Shown here piece by piece: positions 18,477 to 27,311 of a stretch of DNA of 64,000 nt. Position 1 is the stretch's first letter; every line of letters begins with the position of its first letter. The position numbers were made by a program, and so were the translations under genes. This stretch comes from an uncultured virus (IMG/VR IMGVR_UViG_3300013382_000009) (lineage: Duplodnaviria > Heunggongvirae > Uroviricota > Caudoviricetes), in IMG/VR virus record IMGVR_UViG_3300013382_000009. One strand, written 5' to 3'. The notes under the pieces are model-generated. The model was given only the letters and a program-made list of their open reading frames with translations. It was not told where the DNA came from and did not search any database.

Positions 18477-19265
18477 TTACTTTACCATCATTATTTGTGG
18501 TACATTACCATATACGGGCAACTTCCCATCCCATTTCTCAATCCACATCTTTTGCAAGATTGCAGGGGTGAGCGATGCGGTCTTCAACTCGTTGGCTTCA
18601 CGTTCTGCCTTGGCTTGCACAAGCATCTTTTCGGCTTCGGCTTTCTTGACGGCAACCTCATTGAGTGCTCTCTGTGCTTCTTGGATTGCCTTGTTCTTCT
18701 GATTGACGGCTTCGACAATAGAACTTGGGTACTTCAAGCCAGAAGTAAGCTGCTCTAGATGGAAGTGTTCCTTGGCAAGAGCCTTGCTAAGTTGGGCTTC
18801 GATTGCTTTCTCCACCAAATCACGATTGCTTACGATTTGGTCGGTGGTATATTTGTTCAGCTGAATGCGGAAGGCATCCTTCACGTAGTTGAACAAAGTA
18901 CCATTGATGATGTCCTTCAACTCCTTACGGTACTTCTTGAATACCTTTGGTGCATTTCCATCCACCATTTTGAGCGACACGGTAGGGTCAACAGTAAACT
19001 CTGAACCATCCTTGGCATTGATGGTGAAAGGTGGATAGTCGATGGTCTGCACGAATGTTGGGTACTCGTAAACCTCTTCCGTGAAAGGATTGTACCAAAC
19101 ACGACCTGTGACAAGGCTCACATCATCCACACCTTTGTCAGAGCCATAAAGGTTGACCAAGATACCCTCAGAACCTGCATCTACACGCTCGCTGCATGAA
19201 GTGGTTGAAAAGAATGCTGCTCCAAGCAGCGTTACCAAAAACAAACGATTAATTTTTCTGTTCAT
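18477..19265 (-). CDS. SPFH/band-7 (prohibitin-like) protein, probable lipoprotein
   Basis: signal with TTSC lipobox, RVDAGSEGILVNLYG, coiled coil, WIEKWDGKLP. Confidence 0.9.
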   Translation of the reverse strand: MNRKINRLFLVTLLGAAFFSTTSCSERVDAGSEGILVNLYGSDKGVDDVSLVTGRVWYNPFTEEVYEYPTFVQTIDYPPFTINAKDGSEFTVDPTVSLKMVDGNAPKVFKKYRKELKDIINGTLFNYVKDAFRIQLNKYTTDQIVSNRDLVEKAIEAQLSKALAKEHFHLEQLTSGLKYPSSIVEAVNQKNKAIQEAQRALNEVAVKKAEAEKMLVQAKAEREANELKTASLTPAILQKMWIEKWDGKLPVYGNVPQIMMVK

Positions 19266-19458
19266 CTTTCTTGTTATTTTTGAATGTTAAACAATTTGTT
19301 GCGATTGAGAACAATATCCATAGGGTGAACGCTATCACTCCAATAATGTTCAAGGTGGTGTCTGCCTTGCTGACAGCCCTAAGACTTAGGCTAAGAATCA
19401 TAAGCGTTGAGAGTAGCCAAACAACAAACAACATCACTTTCCATTTGATTTTCTTCAT
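19249..19458 (-). CDS. two-TM membrane protein coupled to SPFH gene
   Basis: two hydrophobic helices; overlaps SPFH start. Confidence 0.65.
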   Translation of the reverse strand: MKKIKWKVMLFVVWLLSTLMILSLSLRAVSKADTTLNIIGVIAFTLWILFSIATNCLTFKNNKKDEQKN

Positions 19459-19472
19459 AATTCAAAGTATTT

Positions 19473-20183
19473 TTATAATTGTTTCTTCTTTAGTCTTTCG
19501 TAAACCTCTAGAATCTCCTTATCGGATAGAGGTTCTTCGTCTAGTCTATACTGGAAGAACTTGACCTTTGTGATAGCAGACACCGCATATTCCTGCGCTA
19601 GCTTCGCTATCCCATTGAGTGTGCCGGTCTTCTTGTAAACATCAATGACATCACGGATATACTTGATGAATTGTTGCTTCTGATACTCTGCTACGTTGAC
19701 AGGTGCTTGTTGAGAGCGAGTAATAACAATCTTTTCATCGCTACCTTGGTTAAGACAATCCTCGCCACGTTTTGAGATGTTCATGCAATCACAGAACTCA
19801 TCTGCCCTTGTATATGCGCTACAGAGTGCGCCACGGAGAGAATCAAGCATATTCTTAAGTTTGATGTTCTCATCGGCAAGTCTATTCAACTTAACAGCCT
19901 TCTCCTTGATGTACTCTTGGCTATTATTGAAGGCTGCTTGCAGCTTTTCGTACCTATTGTTTAAATTATCGAACTTGGCACGGATTTTTTCTCCGTTCCA
20001 CTTCTTCGGCAAGATTTCCTTTCTCTCGGAATAGGTTGCAAGCATATTCTTGTACAAGGTTTCTTGCTTATCCAACTTGGACTTCAAGTCCTCGTTCTCT
20101 TTTTTGAGGGTGTCACGTTCCGCCTTGACCTTATCGTAGTTCTTCAAGACGATGTTCAACTCCTCTTCCTTTGTTCTTTCCAT
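19473..20183 (-). CDS. coiled-coil hypothetical protein
   Basis: 236 aa, heptad-rich. Confidence 0.7.
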   Translation of the reverse strand: MERTKEEELNIVLKNYDKVKAERDTLKKENEDLKSKLDKQETLYKNMLATYSERKEILPKKWNGEKIRAKFDNLNNRYEKLQAAFNNSQEYIKEKAVKLNRLADENIKLKNMLDSLRGALCSAYTRADEFCDCMNISKRGEDCLNQGSDEKIVITRSQQAPVNVAEYQKQQFIKYIRDVIDVYKKTGTLNGIAKLAQEYAVSAITKVKFFQYRLDEEPLSDKEILEVYERLKKKQL

Positions 20184-20196
20184 AAACTCTATAAGT

Positions 20197-20403
20197 TTAA
20201 TATGATTTTCTATGTTTTCTTAAGACCGAGCCATTATAGGCAGCAGCGAGTGCTTGCCAACTTTTAGGTTTTTTGCCTTTTTTAGTCAAGAAATGCGCTC
20301 TGAACATTTCCATCCAAACTTCTTCTCTGTAATCTTTCCAACCTTTGTAGTCGCAATAGTCGTTGAACTCCTTGCGCGTAGGTATATAATTTAATTTATT
20401 CAT
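20197..20403 (-). CDS. small replication-initiator-C-terminal-like protein
   Basis: PTRKEFNDYC...GKKPKSWQALA resembles initiator C-terminal modules. Confidence 0.45.
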   Translation of the reverse strand: MNKLNYIPTRKEFNDYCDYKGWKDYREEVWMEMFRAHFLTKKGKKPKSWQALAAAYNGSVLRKHRKSY

Positions 20404-20750
20404 AACGATATATTTTTTTTATTTTTAAACCTGCCAACTTAGATTCGCACGTGGGTATAAAGTCCCCTTTAGCGAAAGTGCAAGAATTTCCGTCTTACCA
20501 ATCGCCGCAGGGTTCTCTCTTTCTGCCGAACTTGAGTTCATGCTTTCGAGGGATGCGCAACCAAAGCATGGCGCAACACTTCACTGATTCAAGATGCTTC
20601 TTGGTGCAAGTCTCAGCTAGACTTCTCTGCTATCGCACTGTCCCCCACCTTTCGGTGCCCGCTTATGCAGCCTTGGTTGCAGAGTTTTAGATGATAGCCA
20701 AAATGACTATGGTGTAACTATCAAATATCATTATCCCAACAAAGGGAATG

Positions 20751-20875
20751 CAAAAATCCCCAAAGTTGTGTTGCGACCAACTAAGGGGATTCATATATAT
20801 ATCGTTACCTATTGAAGGCTACAATAATTTTCAATATCTTCTTGTGTCAATCGCAACTTGACGAGTGCAAAAGTA
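20751..20875 (-). promoter_or_regulatory. promoter plus kissing-loop attenuator
   Basis: minus-strand TACTTTTG; 5' hairpin loop GTTGCGA complementary to TCGCAAC in loop of a terminator hairpin followed by TTTTT. Confidence 0.6.
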
Positions 20876-20984
20876 ATACGATTTTCGGTAACCTCCAAAT
20901 TGCTTTAAGGTCAGTTAAGATTTAGAAAAGGTCTAAATATCAAAGAAAAGTACCCAAAAATTTGTGTTATAAAAAAGTTATCAT

Positions 20985-20992
20985 TATCTTTG
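20985..20992 (+). promoter_or_regulatory. promoter toward integrase
   Basis: TATCTTTG with TTTG at 20961-20964 (20-bp spacer). Confidence 0.6.
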
Positions 20993-21110
20993 CAGTGAAA
21001 AAGGAAATTACTGAATTGCAGCTTGTTAGAAAATTTCAAGTATGACCCCTAAGGGTGTACTACTATAGCAAAAGAATGACGCTTTAAAATGAATTTTTCT
21101 AAAAGGAATA

Positions 21111-21325
21111 TAGCTGTAATCATCTAGTTAATAGATAGTTACAGCTACATTTGTTTTCACGAGTTGATAACATATTGATAACATCGAAAGAAATAACGTT
21201 ACGATAACGTTATACGTTGGTATCTTTACAACTTGTTGATAACCAAACATTTCAGCTTTTCCCAACAAATGTTAAACAAAAGTGTGTTATGACTATGTTA
21301 TCAACCACTTGTAAAGATGTTATCA
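21111..21325. repeat. att-like region with TGATAAC repeats and inverted repeats
   Basis: TAGCTGTAA/TTACAGCTA hairpin 21111-21147; 22-bp imperfect inverted repeat 21222-21243/21297-21318; several GATAAC/GTTATC copies. Confidence 0.65.
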
Positions 21326-21329
21326 CAAA

Positions 21330-22466
21330 ATGGGGAAAATTAATTTAAGTATTATTCACAATCGGTTGAAGCGTGGAACGGCTCAAAAGCCTGTTTCGGT
21401 GGAATTAAGGTTCACTTGTGGGGGTAAGCGTAAGTATATCTCCACTGGGGTGAAAGTATGCCCTTCGCAATGGTCTGAGGGTAGTAAGCATGTTATCAGA
21501 TGCAAGGATGCCGAGGTTTTCAACAAGCAAATTGATGCCTTCGTGGATAGAGCAAACGAGGTTATCGCCAAGATGATTGCCAAAGGCTCTACAGACCTAG
21601 AGGAGATTCCTGCACTGATGGATGGCTGCTCCAATAAGTTTGCTGACTTCATCACCTACTGCGAGGAACGTACCAAGCAACGCAAAGTGAGCGACCACAC
21701 CAAGCGAAGATACAAGGTCTTCACCGACTTCTTGAAGAAATGGGGAAAGATTAAGGAGTTCTCCGATGTCAACGTATCTAACGTGCGTGCTCTGGACGAA
21801 TACTTGCACTCCAAGGGATTAGAACAGAGTACTGTCTATTGCTACCACAAGTATCTTAAGCTATTCGTGCGTGATGCGTGCATTGATGAGCTTGTGGAGA
21901 AGAATCCGTATAACTACCTACCTTTCAAGATTGGCAAAGGAGACAAGGAATTTGTGGATTGTCTGCCTATCGAAAAGTTCGAGAGTATCAAGCGATTGCA
22001 CCTAGAAGTGGACTATCTCGTCAAGGCTAGGGATTTGTTCTTGATGCAGTGTTACACTGGGTTGGCTTACTCCGACCTTATGGCTTTCGATTTCAGCGAG
22101 TGCGAGGAATCGGGCGGCAAATACTATTACCACGGCAAGCGAGTGAAGACTGACACGGATTTCACCTTCCAGCTATTGGGCGGTGCGGTTGCCATCCTAA
22201 AGAAGTACGACTTTCGATTGCCCTCTATCAGCAATCAGAAGTACAACGAGTATCTGAAAGCTATCGGTGCCATTGTTGGTGTGCCCAAGCTGCATAGTCA
22301 CATGGGCAGGGCTACGGCTGCTACGCTCTTCCTCTCGTTCGGGATGCCCATCAACGTGGTGGCAAAGGTGCTCGGGCATACCAACATCAGGCAGACACAA
22401 AGATACGCTCGTACGCTCAATCGTGATGTTTATTCGGCATTTGATAACATCGAAGGCAAGATTTGA
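21330..22466 (+). CDS. int: tyrosine recombinase/integrase, Bacteroidetes type
   Basis: N-terminal arm-binding domain (RKYISTGVKVCPSQW), SAM-like domain, CYTGLAYSD, K, HMGR, LGH, TQRY. Confidence 0.95.
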   Translation: MGKINLSIIHNRLKRGTAQKPVSVELRFTCGGKRKYISTGVKVCPSQWSEGSKHVIRCKDAEVFNKQIDAFVDRANEVIAKMIAKGSTDLEEIPALMDGCSNKFADFITYCEERTKQRKVSDHTKRRYKVFTDFLKKWGKIKEFSDVNVSNVRALDEYLHSKGLEQSTVYCYHKYLKLFVRDACIDELVEKNPYNYLPFKIGKGDKEFVDCLPIEKFESIKRLHLEVDYLVKARDLFLMQCYTGLAYSDLMAFDFSECEESGGKYYYHGKRVKTDTDFTFQLLGGAVAILKKYDFRLPSISNQKYNEYLKAIGAIVGVPKLHSHMGRATAATLFLSFGMPINVVAKVLGHTNIRQTQRYARTLNRDVYSAFDNIEGKI

Positions 22467-22521
22467 TAACATATCTGATAACATAACGCTAGATAACTAG
22501 CTTATTCTATGCGTGTTATCA
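22441..22521. repeat. TGATAAC repeat cluster at integrase 3' end
   Basis: GATAAC x4 plus GTTATC; TTGATAACATCGAA and TTGATAACATAT match upstream copies exactly. Confidence 0.7.
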
Positions 22522-22540
22522 AGAACTGACAAAAACGACT

Positions 22541-22568
22541 AAAGGGTAGCCATCACTGACTACCCTTT
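22541..22568. terminator. bidirectional terminator
   Basis: AAAGGGTAG...CTACCCTTT between convergent genes. Confidence 0.7.
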
Positions 22569-22969
22569 TCTTCTTGTTGTTGGTCTCGCTCTCGTTTCTC
22601 CCTTATGGCTTGTCTTATCCACTCGGGTCTCTTGTTGCCCATAGCGTCTAGGAAATCATACATTTCCTCGTTAACGTGGATTACCACTCGGTTTACTAGG
22701 GCTTCCTTGCCCTTGCCTTTCCATCCTGCTCCCTCTCTGTAACCTCCCCACCCTGGGTGCAGGTTCTTCGCTTGCACCACCTTGCCTTTTCTCGTAAGGT
22801 TAAGGCGGAAGATAAGCTTCTGACCATTGTACACCTCGGCATACTGGGCATCGGGTGTTGTCTGTAGCGCATTTTCGGCTACTGCCTTTATCTGCTCTTT
22901 CTTGTCGCTCAACATTTCCGTCTCGTCCAAGATGCACAAATCATCATATACTACGATTCTCGCTCTCAT
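22553..22969 (-). CDS. putative DNA-binding protein (GGxRxGAG motif, RHH-like C-terminus)
   Basis: GWGGYREGAGWK followed by VVIHVNEEMYDFL...WIRQAIREK. Confidence 0.6.
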   Translation of the reverse strand: MRARIVVYDDLCILDETEMLSDKKEQIKAVAENALQTTPDAQYAEVYNGQKLIFRLNLTRKGKVVQAKNLHPGWGGYREGAGWKGKGKEALVNRVVIHVNEEMYDFLDAMGNKRPEWIRQAIREKRERDQQQEEKGSQ

Positions 22970-23076
22970 AGCTTTCAGAAAATTGTGGGGAGTCGGTTAC
23001 ACTCCCCATTACCTTTTAACTCAATATTCCTACAATAATGCTGAAAAAGAAGATTATCAGCACAAACCATTCCTGC

Positions 23077-23352
23077 TTACTCATTATTGTTACCTCCTTC
23101 CTGCTCAGTCAGTGAAACAATATCGTTAACGCTCTCGTCCTCGGTGAAGAAAGAAACCGACATATCCTCGTTGAGATAAGCCATTGCCACAACTTCTTTA
23201 TGCGAGTTCTTGATGATACAAACATCACCCATTATCTCGCTCTGTCCCTTTAGGTAGCGGATTGCGGTCTCCTTGATTGCCAAAGGATTCAACTTCTTCG
23301 TTGTCACGTCTCCACTCATTGGGAAGACAAACTTAAACTCTTGCTTCTTCAT
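23077..23352 (-). CDS. hypothetical early protein
   Basis: 91-aa ORF in packed leftward array. Confidence 0.6.
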   Translation of the reverse strand: MKKQEFKFVFPMSGDVTTKKLNPLAIKETAIRYLKGQSEIMGDVCIIKNSHKEVVAMAYLNEDMSVSFFTEDESVNDIVSLTEQEGGNNNE

Positions 23353-23723
23353 ACTGCATCCTCCATTGGTTTATATCTGAATATAAAATCAACTGCTAGG
23401 TTGTCGTGGTCAACTTCGACATAAGCATAGCGGTTGAAGTCTTTCTTGTCACTCTCCTCGAAGTCTAGCGTACCATCTTGAAGCAACTTTCTATAAAGAA
23501 CGTTTACCCACTCCTTTCTTGGTATTTTCTTTTTCCCTTTCTCACGAACAAAAACAGACACCATAAAAGTGAAAAACTTGACTTCGCAAAGTGCATCATC
23601 AATGTAGCCACAATATCGCCCCTGCTCATCACTGGCACACTGGGAGAAGTGTTCTCCGAGCAAGCGAGAGACGATGAGCTTCTTATCGTCCTCGCTGAAA
23701 TCGTAATTAACTATTCTACTCAT
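23349..23723 (-). CDS. hypothetical early protein
   Basis: 124-aa ORF overlapping neighbours. Confidence 0.6.
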   Translation of the reverse strand: MSRIVNYDFSEDDKKLIVSRLLGEHFSQCASDEQGRYCGYIDDALCEVKFFTFMVSVFVREKGKKKIPRKEWVNVLYRKLLQDGTLDFEESDKKDFNRYAYVEVDHDNLAVDFIFRYKPMEDAV

Positions 23724-23997
23724 ATCTTTTCTTTACTTTAGAATCATCGCCCAAACCTTTTGCCAGTATCACACCTGTTTCGATTCCTTGAAGATAGGTT
23801 TCTGCATCCTCGAAATTCATGTAGGTGCAAGAACTCAATCCGTCCTCGAAGATGTCAACACACTCGGATTCGTACCCCTCAGTGCTCTCTATCTCGAAGC
23901 ATTCTCTTGAAAGGTGCTCGTTGATGTTGTTGACAAGTGCATTCAGATAGTCAATATCTCGCTTGTCCGCACCCATATTCTCGTTGTAATCAATCAT
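23716..23997 (-). CDS. acidic hypothetical early protein
   Basis: 93 aa, D/E-rich. Confidence 0.6.
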   Translation of the reverse strand: MIDYNENMGADKRDIDYLNALVNNINEHLSRECFEIESTEGYESECVDIFEDGLSSCTYMNFEDAETYLQGIETGVILAKGLGDDSKVKKRYE

Positions 23998-24268
23998 GAT
24001 CCACCTCCTTTTCTGTAATCAACAACTCCTCGAACACTGGGAAGTCGGTTACTTGGATTCCCCAGTTCTCGATATTGTTCTCTCCGTACTCCTCAACGTC
24101 CTCGCCCTCGTACTCGTCGGCATAGAAAGCTTTGATGCTCTCTTTCTCCTCTGCCATCTTCTCCTTGGCTGCGGTCTTGGTGGAATACACTCCCACAACC
24201 TCGAACGTGTCTTGGTCTTGGTTGTCTCGACCTTGCTTGGTCAACACAAATACTTTCATTGTTCTCAT
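23990..24268 (-). CDS. acidic hypothetical early protein
   Basis: KVFVL...VVGVYSTKTAA motif; strongly acidic C-terminal half. Confidence 0.6.
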   Translation of the reverse strand: MRTMKVFVLTKQGRDNQDQDTFEVVGVYSTKTAAKEKMAEEKESIKAFYADEYEGEDVEEYGENNIENWGIQVTDFPVFEELLITEKEVDHD

Positions 24269-24468
24269 TGTTGCTTGTCTCCTATGTTTGATTAATAAAA
24301 TATCAACTGGCTCTGCAAGTCTTCGCAATACTGCTCTGCGTATGCTCTTGCATCACTCTCACTTGCGCCGCTATTCATTGCAGCGTAATAGGCATCGTTG
24401 TAGATGTCGTGCATTACTTCACTCATTGTGTAAATCCTTTCTTTAAATCGTTAAACTTATTCTTATCT

Positions 24469-24526
24469 TGGTGGGCTGCCAGTCTCTGCCACTGGCTCGG
24501 TGGCTGTCTTGCGATTCCACTAGCCC
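24469..24526 (-). ncRNA. candidate tRNA-shaped element ending in ACCA
   Basis: GGGCT/AGCCC closing stem stacked on GCCAGT-GGCAGAG-ACTGGC, internal GTGG/CCAC arm, 3' ACCA. Confidence 0.45.
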
Positions 24527-24721
24527 TATATTAAGCAACAACAATTATTTCTATCTGATAGGCTGCAATACTCTAGCCTTTGGAACGTTCTTGCCATTCA
24601 GTAAGTAATTCACTCTGTGCGGCTCTCTCTGCTTCACAAACGTCTCCTTGACCAAATATCTGCGGTTCAAGTGGTCTGCGATGGTCGCTCCCTTGAAACA
24701 TTTCTCCAGTATTATCATAAC

Positions 24722-25363
24722 TTAGCCCTCCATCAAATGTTTAACAAGTTCATCCTTGGTGGCGAAGATTTCGTTAAAGCCATAAGCGATGTACTGGTTG
24801 CCTACGTTCAACAACACTTGGTTGTCGTTTAGTGCTCGCTTTAGCTTGTCCTCTAGTATTCCTCTATTATCAAAACAATAATAGTTGGTGAAATTAGGGT
24901 TGATGCCACTGGCTACAATGTGGAATACATCTTCACCTAAATCTCTAGACTTGTAATCAGCGAAGAATTTGTTATTGTCCGCTGAGCGTGTCAAAGTCAA
25001 GTGAACAATCTTACCTTCAATAATCTTGTTATTTCTCATTGCGTACACTTTCTGACCGATATAAAAGTCGGTCTGCAAGGTTATAGCTGCCCTTGGCACA
25101 ACTTGTACTTTGTCCGTGTCTAGCCAAAAACCTGCAACCAAAGTATTTCCATGTGCTATGTCTTGGGCGATTCTGTCAAACACCTCCTTGTCGGTTGGCT
25201 CTCTATCGAAATACTCTCCGTTCTCGTCCTCTTCCTCAATATCGTAAGTGTATTCGTATCCGTCCTTGTCTGTGATAACAAGTCCGCATGCTTGCGCCTT
25301 TACCACATCTTGGATGGTTGTTACCTCGAAACCTACAAAATTTCCTACTGCTATTGTATTCAT
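24722..25363 (-). CDS. hypothetical early protein
   Basis: 213 aa; C-terminal part resembles 10301-10510. Confidence 0.7.
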   Translation of the reverse strand: MNTIAVGNFVGFEVTTIQDVVKAQACGLVITDKDGYEYTYDIEEEDENGEYFDREPTDKEVFDRIAQDIAHGNTLVAGFWLDTDKVQVVPRAAITLQTDFYIGQKVYAMRNNKIIEGKIVHLTLTRSADNNKFFADYKSRDLGEDVFHIVASGINPNFTNYYCFDNRGILEDKLKRALNDNQVLLNVGNQYIAYGFNEIFATKDELVKHLMEG

Positions 25364-25393
25364 ATCTTATTCTCCTATAATTTAAATTGTTCG

Positions 25394-25585
25394 TTACTTG
25401 CTATTGTTCATTGGTTTGATTTCTCCGTGCTTGACTGCATCCTCGTAAAACTCTTGTGTTAGAAGATTCTGTGAGCCATAATAGCGGAAAATCGTGTCTA
25501 GCGCTTGCTCTGTTGGCATTCCTAGTAATACACCTTTCAAGTATCGGTGTATTGCTAGCTGCGTTTTCTTATCTTCTGTTCCCAT
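25394..25585 (-). CDS. hypothetical early protein
   Basis: 63-aa ORF in array. Confidence 0.55.
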   Translation of the reverse strand: MGTEDKKTQLAIHRYLKGVLLGMPTEQALDTIFRYYGSQNLLTQEFYEDAVKHGEIKPMNNSK

Positions 25586-25910
25586 AATTCACTCTTGCGT
25601 TATAAGTTCTTCCGATGATGTTATCTACCAGTGCTTGGCGCTCATAGTCGGTGCAGTCCGCAAAATCCGTCTGCTCCTCATAGAAACGTGCTGCGCTCTT
25701 CAATTCGTGAAGGCTCGCTTTGGTGAAGTCCTTGGCTGGGTTCAACTGGCGAAGACTCTCGCAAGTCTTGCAATACTCGATGAAGTCAACCAACTCCTTG
25801 CGCTCCGTCTCACGTGCGTGTGCGTGCGCATAACTGGCGATTGTTACCAAAGGTAGGATGGCTATTGCCATCACTACCAAAACTTTCTTAATGCTCTTTC
25901 TCATGCCCAT
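25569..25910 (-). CDS. secreted/membrane-anchored hypothetical protein
   Basis: basic N-terminus plus hydrophobic signal-like segment. Confidence 0.6.
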   Translation of the reverse strand: MGMRKSIKKVLVVMAIAILPLVTIASYAHAHARETERKELVDFIEYCKTCESLRQLNPAKDFTKASLHELKSAARFYEEQTDFADCTDYERQALVDNIIGRTYNARVNYGNRR

Positions 25911-26209
25911 TTAATTGTTGCTGATATTATTGAATTCATTTCTAACTTAACGACTAGATTGTTGTCGTGAGCGAGTTCTTTTACGAAATCTTTCAATCTC
26001 TTTTCCATTTCTCGCTTGTTGACATATCCCGAGAATAAGATATAAATCTGTCTCTCGTTCCAATAGTACTTTGCATTGGCAATAGTATTATTGATGTACC
26101 CGACAACTTCTGTTTTGTTCTTTTCCTTGGCGGTGTATTTTCCGCCATCATACAGAAGACTTGCCATTTGGTCGAAGTCTAGGAAATTACCTACATAATT
26201 TATCTTCAT
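25901..26209 (-). CDS. hypothetical early protein
   Basis: 102-aa ORF. Confidence 0.6.
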   Translation of the reverse strand: MKINYVGNFLDFDQMASLLYDGGKYTAKEKNKTEVVGYINNTIANAKYYWNERQIYILFSGYVNKREMEKRLKDFVKELAHDNNLVVKLEMNSIISATIKWA

Positions 26210-26213
26210 TGTC

Positions 26214-26399
26214 TTACGAATTAATCTTCTTGTTAAGTCTTAATAATGCTCTGTCTGTTTCCTCCGTAAATCGAACACTTGATTCTACAACTACATATTT
26301 GCCAGCTGCCTTGCGGTATCTGTGTTCCTTGTACGCTGCAAGGAGTATGGATATTGCGTTAAACTCCTTGTCTGTTAGTTCAATCTTAATTTTCTCCAT
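26214..26399 (-). CDS. hypothetical early protein
   Basis: KIELTDKEF N-terminus resembles 27082-27282. Confidence 0.55.
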   Translation of the reverse strand: MEKIKIELTDKEFNAISILLAAYKEHRYRKAAGKYVVVESSVRFTEETDRALLRLNKKINS

Positions 26400-26712
26400 A
26401 TGGCATTAATTTTATGTCTATATTGTAAGGAAGTGTGTGCATTGGCTTATCCTCCTCGTTGGTGTACTTGAAGAAGTTCTTCGATTGGTCTCCTCCAAAT
26501 TTATTAATGGTGGATTCTATCGTACCTTTGCATATCTGATGCGTTAGCTCAACACTCCAATAATGGTAAATCGAAGAAAGTTGAAACTCCATCTTGTCTA
26601 GTCTAGCCAGTGCAATAAGCCCGAAATCGGGATTTACGAACAACATGTTTTGACCTACGAAAATAGCGTCTATTCTGTTGGCTGCGTTCTTTGTTACTCT
26701 AATTACTTTCAT
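26386..26712 (-). CDS. hypothetical early protein
   Basis: 108-aa ORF with ACAAGACAATG start context. Confidence 0.6.
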   Translation of the reverse strand: MKVIRVTKNAANRIDAIFVGQNMLFVNPDFGLIALARLDKMEFQLSSIYHYWSVELTHQICKGTIESTINKFGGDQSKNFFKYTNEEDKPMHTLPYNIDIKLMPYGEN

Positions 26713-26731
26713 TGTCTTGTATTGTTTGCGT

Positions 26732-26776
26732 GGGGAGTGCGCTTGCGCACTGGGGGCGCTGCCCCCTTATCTCCCC
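26732..26776. repeat. GC-rich three-way-junction repeat, copy 1
   Basis: GGGGA-[GTGCGC TT GCGCAC]-T-[GGGGGC GCT GCCCCC]-TTATC-TCCCC. Confidence 0.85.
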
Positions 26777-26876
26777 ACTGGTTTATTACTCATCGGGCAA
26801 AGATTTTGCCTTTTCAATTCTGATACCTAGCAGTACCCCGAATAGTACTGCAACCACATAAGGTGCTATGTCCATA

Positions 26877-27065
26877 TTACTTGCCCTCCATCATCATTCG
26901 TTTGACTTCCTCGTAAGACTGGTTAACCAACATCTTGCGAGTTCCCTTGCTCTCTATTGGGTTTATGAATACTAGCATACATTCACCCTCAAATGGGTAT
27001 AAGTAAGCTAGATTACTGGTGTTCACAAGTCCTGTGATTCCACCGCTTGTAAGTTCGATAAACAT
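26877..27065 (-). CDS. small hypothetical protein
   Basis: MFIELT...LVNTSNL...VNQSYEEVKRMM. Confidence 0.55.
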   Translation of the reverse strand: MFIELTSGGITGLVNTSNLAYLYPFEGECMLVFINPIESKGTRKMLVNQSYEEVKRMMMEGK

Positions 27066-27081
27066 ATTCTGTTCCTTTCTT

Positions 27082-27282
27082 TTAAATTGTTCTGTATCCA
27101 CTAACTAACACTTTGTTGTACAAGTCGTAAATCTCATCGAAAACCTTTTGTGTTTGGATATGTATCTCACATTTACCCAAAAAGCCTTCCGTCTCGGATG
27201 TCTTCAAAGACTTTGTGGCGATACCCTCCAAGATGTCACGTAGTAGAAAATACTCGCTATCTGTTAGCTTGATATTCTTCAT
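27082..27282 (-). CDS. hypothetical early protein
   Basis: 66-aa ORF. Confidence 0.55.
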   Translation of the reverse strand: MKNIKLTDSEYFLLRDILEGIATKSLKTSETEGFLGKCEIHIQTQKVFDEIYDLYNKVLVSGYRTI

Positions 27283-27311
27283 TGTTGTTCCTTTCTTTTA
27301 ATTGTTATTAC

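Noticed and set aside
22050..22080. Integrase inactive because TGLAYSD lacks the first catalytic Arg
   Set aside because: Substitution at this position is known in active Bacteroidetes integrases (e.g. IntDOT), and the other catalytic residues are present
22986..23008. GGGGAGT/ACTCCCC hairpin as a fourth three-way-junction copy or tRNA fragment
   Set aside because: Simple hairpin lacking the GGGGGC/GCCCCC-TTAT core and a T-loop
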